A stretch of DNA of 64,000 nucleotides. Source: Lepidodermella squamata. Lineage: Eukaryota > Animalia > Gastrotricha. This document shows positions 58,536 through 64,000 of this stretch, one piece after another. The stretch's first letter is position 1. Every line of letters starts with the position of its first letter. The translations under genes were made by a program, and so were the position numbers. Under the pieces are notes generated by a model. The model had not been told where the DNA came from. It did no database searches and was given only the letters and a program-made list of their open reading frames with translations. The stretch covers positions 1-64,000 of the forward strand of contig JBLDXI010000057.1 of assembly GCA_047495785.1 (NCBI GenBank), given 5' to 3'.

Positions 58536-59428
58536 CCAAACTTCGAACCCAGCATCAACTTGAACGGCCTTGAAAATCTTCTTATTATGCATACATTATT
58601 ATACAGAAGCTTATGATGACTGCCGTTATATTCGCTTATTCAGTTAGTTTATGAAGGTTTTTTTTAATTTAATAAAATATCAACGCTAAAATTGGCACCT
58701 TATTCTTCACATTAAACGCGACTATGAAGTTGAAAAAGATCCTAATGAAAAGCATCGGCAGATGAAATATGAGATGTGATGTCCTATAACACGGCCAGAA
58801 AAGTTCCAAACGTTATGGTCATGGTAATCACGAAATTTGGTGCAACCAGGTAAAAACCGATTAATACCGATAAATCGGGTTATTAGTTTGGTATCGCTGT
58901 TGTTGAATACGTTTTATTGGAAAATAATGAATAAATTTAACGAAATAGGTTGCGTAAACAAATAGCCGTATGGCAGTACCAGGCCTAAGCAGAAAATCAG
59001 GGCGAATTTTATGATCATTTAATTCGATTTTTCCCAAATTAATCGTGAAATTCTAGAAAATTCGGAAAATTTATTTTTGGGTGGATTAACTACTCAAAAT
59101 TTGTTCGGCTTTGGTGCGATTAGGTTCCGCTCAAAGTAAGAACCCCGATAAAATTGGCGGGCTATTTATTTAAAGAGGCAATGTTTAGTCCGGTGTGAAT
59201 TTGTCCACACCGAGGTGGATGGTCGAGTTTAAATTGAAACAAAACATCATGTGGATGAATTGAAAACACGTTCTTAAAGCAGCATCACGTGCCTTTATAT
59301 TTTTACGTTGAAAATAGTAAAAATTGGAGGCACGCGATCAGATTTTTCAAACGGTAAAAACAACAAAAATTATCATTCAATTTGTTTTCATTCACTACTA
59401 CATTCAAGTTTTAACCTTTTTTTTTACA

Positions 59429-61706
59429 ATGAAATCGGTTTTAACCCATGTTCTAGTCTACGTTTTCGTCTTGTTCTCGCTAACATCTTCTATTGAAGGT
59501 AATAGTCTAAATTTCTATTAGGAATTAGGACTACCTTAACGTGGGGTAACTTTTTTGTTAACAATGCTATTCAAATTTCATTAACCCGATTGAGCTTAAA
59601 CAAATTCTGAAATTTCAAACAAAGGCAGGCCGGTTGATTTTTTATTTTTTCTTTAAATTGTTAAGAATTTTTTCTTGCTATTTTTGAGAGTGCCTTGTTA
59701 ATTAGTGGGGTAAGAGATAATTAGTGGGTGAGTGATTTTTGACGCTCATTTGCATATTCAACTGCCTAATTAGTTTCATGATTCGCTTTCGAAAGTTTGG
59801 TAAATTTGAATTTAATGTTTAATGTGTTTTTGAAAAATTCCATATTTTATGGCGTTAATGGGTCTTTGACCAAAGTTATTTACCTCGCGTTACTGTAGTC
59901 ACCTTGATCCTGAGTATAAGCAATCAAATTTTCACACAGATGAGTTGTGGGACCAATTTGAGGAGTGGTGCGGCAAGTTTAGCATCTCCTACGACGGAGA
60001 CGAGCTGCTGAAAACCGCCCGCTTCCTGACGTGGAAACGCAACTTCAACTTGATCCAAGACTACAACAAGCTACGCGGGCGGGGCGAAAACAGGCGACGG
60101 CTCATGAACAAGTGTACGGATCTTCATTTCCGCCAAATCGGGCTCATCAACGAAGACTGTCCAATTTACTACGACGTTGAAAAGTGGGACACGGGCGAGC
60201 CGGTTCGCCTCAAGCGAATCGCGCAGGACAAGCCGGAGCCGGTCCTGCAAGCAGCAGGCAACGAACACCGAACAGATCCTGATTTTAAGAAGTTCTGCCG
60301 TAAACACAAAAAGTACTACCAGAGCGATGCTGAGCGCAAGATTCGTTACGAGTTGTGGAAGAGGAGGCGCGATGAAATCGAACAGCACAACTCGGCGAAA
60401 TCGGCGACTTACATCCGAGCCTGCGGGGAGCATTGCGACAGAACTGAAGCTGAGATTGGCCAGAGTTTCGGCCTCGTTCTGCCGAAGGGTTCAGACAACG
60501 ACTTCGTTTCACCGCCGCCCACTGGCCGGCTGCGGGGCGTTACGCCGACCAGTCTTGACTTTCGTGAGTTTGCGGGCCCGGCGAAAGATCAGAAATCGTG
60601 CGGCGCTTGCTGGGCGTTCTCTTCAACGGCTGCGATCGAGTCGAGGCTGTGCAGGATGATGAAGCAGGCCAACGCCTCGGCAGTTTGCCCTCGCTTGTCC
60701 GAACAAGAGCTCATCGACTGTGCTAATTCAGCTGCTGGCTATGCAAACTACGGTGAGTCATAGTGTTCTGACAAGTGAAAAGTGGGGCTTGACATCTCCA
60801 GCTTCCAGCCATTCACTTGAATATTTCGCACAATTCTCATTTTTTACGGTTTTTGATACTGAAAACTCACAGGCTGTGGCGGTGGCTTTATGAAGCAAAC
60901 ATTTCAATACGTCTTCGACAGAGTTGGCATGAACAGCGATGCTTACTCGTTCATAGGCTCGGCTAATCCTAGTTGTAAGCGAAATTCGGATGACGTGAAT
61001 GCCCCGTTGAGGACAGCCTGGGTAAGGCCGCAATGCAGGAACTCAACCACGGGAGTCGTCGATGAGCAATGCCTCATAAATGTAAGCTTCTTCCAAGTTC
61101 GAACTTTTGACGATTTCATTGTCTGTTGAATTGCAGGCTTTCAACGACTACGGCGGCTGTATCAGCATCGCGATTTGCGCCTGGTCGAGTCTTACGACTT
61201 ACAAATCAGGAATTTACAACCCTAATACGACTTGCGCATCGGGTTCACTCAACCACGCTGTTGTAAGTTACCATGGTGAAGTTCCAGTTCTCATTGAAAG
61301 AATTTTCATTATCCCAGGCCATTTGCGGATACACTGACACTTACTGGATTGTCAGAAATTCATGGGGTACAAGTAAGTTGTTTAAGATAACTTTGGGACT
61401 CTTCTAAAGCCCTTTACAGGCTATGGAGAAAATGGTAACGTCTACTTTGCTCGAGGCGCTGGCAATGTTGCTGGCATGTATTACTGGACGATATACCCAT
61501 TATTGGCCGACTATCCAGCCACAACTACGACGACTACAACAACGACGACCACAACAACAACAACTACGACAACGACAACGACGACTACAACCCCAACCCC
61601 AACTCCAACTACTACGACTACGGCATCTATCTCCGACCCAACACCTACGACTGAAACTCCTAGTTCTACAACCATTGGATCTGGGGTTGAGACAAATTTG
61701 CCTTGA
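59429..61706 (+). CDS. C1A cathepsin-like protease with tandem I29-like prodomains and Thr/Pro-rich C-terminal tail
   Basis: [30 protein letters not shown]; the last exon ends in poly-Thr (ACN repeat about 61520-61620). Confidence 0.88.
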
Positions 61707-62492
61707 ACTTGGAACTGAGCAGCTTAACATTGAAACAGCGAACAATTGATAACATAGATCATTCTCTAATTTTATCCCTTTTCTAATTTTCATTACGCCA
61801 CAGCTATAATGTTCGGAACAAATGAATGATGTGGCTTGAATATAGCTTTTGCTTTTATTGGAAATAAATTTGAGCAAGTAAAAGAAAATTCACTACTTAT
61901 CTAACAAGCAGAAAGCATCTCGCTATATGCAAAATGCGTAAGCTAAAATCGATTGCAGCTGTAAAATTCCCACCGCGCTGTATTACACACGTTATTACTA
62001 TTACTAAAAATCATCCATACATACATTTCGCCCATCCGCATTCATCGAGTGCATAGCTGCGGTGCAATATATGCCGCAGTACTAGCTATAGTAGAAACGC
62101 CGTGGGTAATAATATTCATCAATATATTACGCTACAACTAGAGCTCGCATAGCCATCATCATGGCGCCGATTTTTTATAACGTAATATTCAGAAATACGC
62201 TGCTTCTTCACGGAACTATCTTGCGCTAATAAACAATAGTTTCATAGCTATTTCTTGATCGTAAAAAGGCCACCAACCGAGTAGTTCCAGTTTGCAAGCC
62301 ATTCAGAACAACAGCGTCAATTTCGGACCAAATTTTTGCCCATATCAGCCTGGATTTGAAGACTCCTCTCAAATATAGTTGTAATCCTTTAATACTATTT
62401 AGCTTTGATTAAATCGGCTATTGACGAAAATTACGATTGGCAGGCAGCCAAAAATGGCCGTAATATTTCGCGAATAGACTCATAACATAGCA

Positions 62493-63401
62493 ATGTCTGA
62501 CAACCCACCGCCGTCTTACAATGAGGTTATGGATGCCGTTCCGAAATCGAGGCTACCTAGAATCGACGAGATTCCGAGGAGTGAGGCAGGTGCTGCTAGC
62601 CTCCGGGTTCATTTCGTGGCGATGCCTCCAGAGGTCGAAATGCCAGACGGACCGCTGATCGGCGGAACATGCCGAGAAGCCAACTCTGATCTCCTCGAAA
62701 GTCACTATTTCGACGCATGTACGAGCTCATTCAACTGCCCTGCCCCACCCTCGACCGCCTACTCGCCTGTACCAGTTGCGAAAACTGAAGGATGTCGAAG
62801 GGCGAGACGGCCTGTGTATTACTTCAGGCTTTTCCAAATTGTAAGTTGATTTGAAATTTCCAGTTAAATCCTAACATAAAAGATTGTTTAATCTAGTTGT
62901 TAACTGTGGGGAATTTTTGTTTCCTGGTCATCTCTTTCAACATCACCCAGTCACGAATCTGTTCGGATTGGGTTTCGATCGTTTTCGCTGTCATCCTGAT
63001 TGGAGCTATCATCTTTTCTTTCTACCAGTTCTACAATGCATCGCCAATAGTGTACTCCATACCGGTAAAGATCCCCTGAAATTCCTCATTCATTAATTCA
63101 TTTCTTTTTTCAATTTTAAAGGAAAGTATTTTGCTTGTCATCCACTTATCGATGGCTATTTACTACTTTTGGTTGATTGCCTACTACGACTGGATCGTCA
63201 TGTCACTCGATTCTAGCTGCCATTATTTGACAATTTCTATAATGGTAAATTTCTAAAACGATGATTCAAAGAGAATGGCTCAATTTTTCTTTCCAACAGA
63301 CAATGTCTACGCTTGCTTTCAGTTGTTATATAGCCACGGGAACATGCCTTCTATGGCTAATAGATCGGTTCAGGAATCAGCGATCAGCAAACCTTCAATG
63401 A
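62493..63401 (+). CDS. Small ~4-TM membrane protein with N-terminal PPxY motif
   Basis: MSDNPPPSYNEV; exons 62493-62840, 62897-63064, 63122-63244, 63300-63401 splice in phase 0 to give hydrophobic helices. Confidence 0.65.
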
Positions 63402-63580
63402 TCAAGATTCAATACAAATCATCCTCTGCCTTAGTAGTTGGAAGTATTTTCCTTATCTTAATCATTTTCCTTCAGTCACTCAGTGACCATTCGGACTCCT
63501 TTCCAATAAAACCTTGATATTGGCTGACGAATCGATGCGATTTATTGCTGCTTTTTAGAGCTTTTAAGACAATTTCTGTT

Positions 63581-64000
63581 ATGGGCGAAGAGCTTCCGCC
63601 GAGTTACAAAGATGTGGTGGACAATTACCCTGAATTCCAGAGTCGATTACCGCCCGTGAACCAAGTGTCAAGCGATAGTGGATCGGGCCTTCTAAGGGTT
63701 CAATACGACCCACCCAGGTACTCGACTTCACCGCAAGGACAAGCTCAGCAGTGGTCAAACTATCCTCGGCTGTTCGTGGCATTACCCACCGTATCTGGAT
63801 TCAACCAAGCTTTAATACTCGATGATCAAGTTAAAAAATTGGCCATCAGACGATTTAGGACTGTTCAATCTGTAAGTTGAGGCTAAACTTGAAACATTTC
63901 CTATAATGAATTCTCTCACAACAGTATTGCATCATGATCTTCTACATTTTCTTCGGCCTCATACTCAATAGCTTAGATTGTTGGAAAAATGACCGAATCG
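63581..64000 (+). CDS. Paralogous PPxY membrane protein, truncated by the window end
   Basis: MGEELPPSYKDVV...SRLPPV..LRVQY parallels MSDNPPPSYNEVM...SRLPRI..LRVHF; equivalent GTAAGTTGA donor at 63872. Confidence 0.6.

Noticed and set aside
62085-62104. GCTATAGTAGAAACGCCGT resembling the Polinton subterminal repeat
   Set aside because: Only about 17 of 20 bases match with no flanking similarity or terminus; compatible with chance.

Overview
Eukaryotic (invertebrate animal) genomic DNA with many short (~50-60 nt) spliceosomal introns; the host species cannot be determined from sequence alone. Bases 1-14681 are the right-hand part of an apparently intact Polinton/Maverick (adintovirus-like) endogenous DNA virus; its left end and integrase lie outside the window. 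It encodes minor and major capsid proteins, core proteins, adenain protease, packaging ATPase and a protein-primed PolB polyprotein. It also carries an accessory cassette (PC4-like, RING/TRAF-Zn, deoxynucleoside kinase, dUTPase) and ends in subterminal 63-64 bp repeats plus an ...ACTACT terminus. Its genes are split by 17 host-sized GT-AG introns (10 in polB); I spliced these by hand and recovered open frames with the expected catalytic motifs. The rest is a tandemly duplicated host gene cluster: two secreted Cys-repeat/C-type-lectin genes, a gustatory-receptor-like gene, a family of kinase-coiled-coil-multi-TM genes (2 intact, 1 pseudogene, 1 remnant), two intronless Cys-loop receptor genes fused to tandem LamG/pentraxin-like domains, five papain-family cathepsin genes (four with doubled I29 prodomains), two PPxY membrane-protein genes, several MITEs and a mosaic of gene fragments. 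All family assignments come from motif recognition, not database searches.
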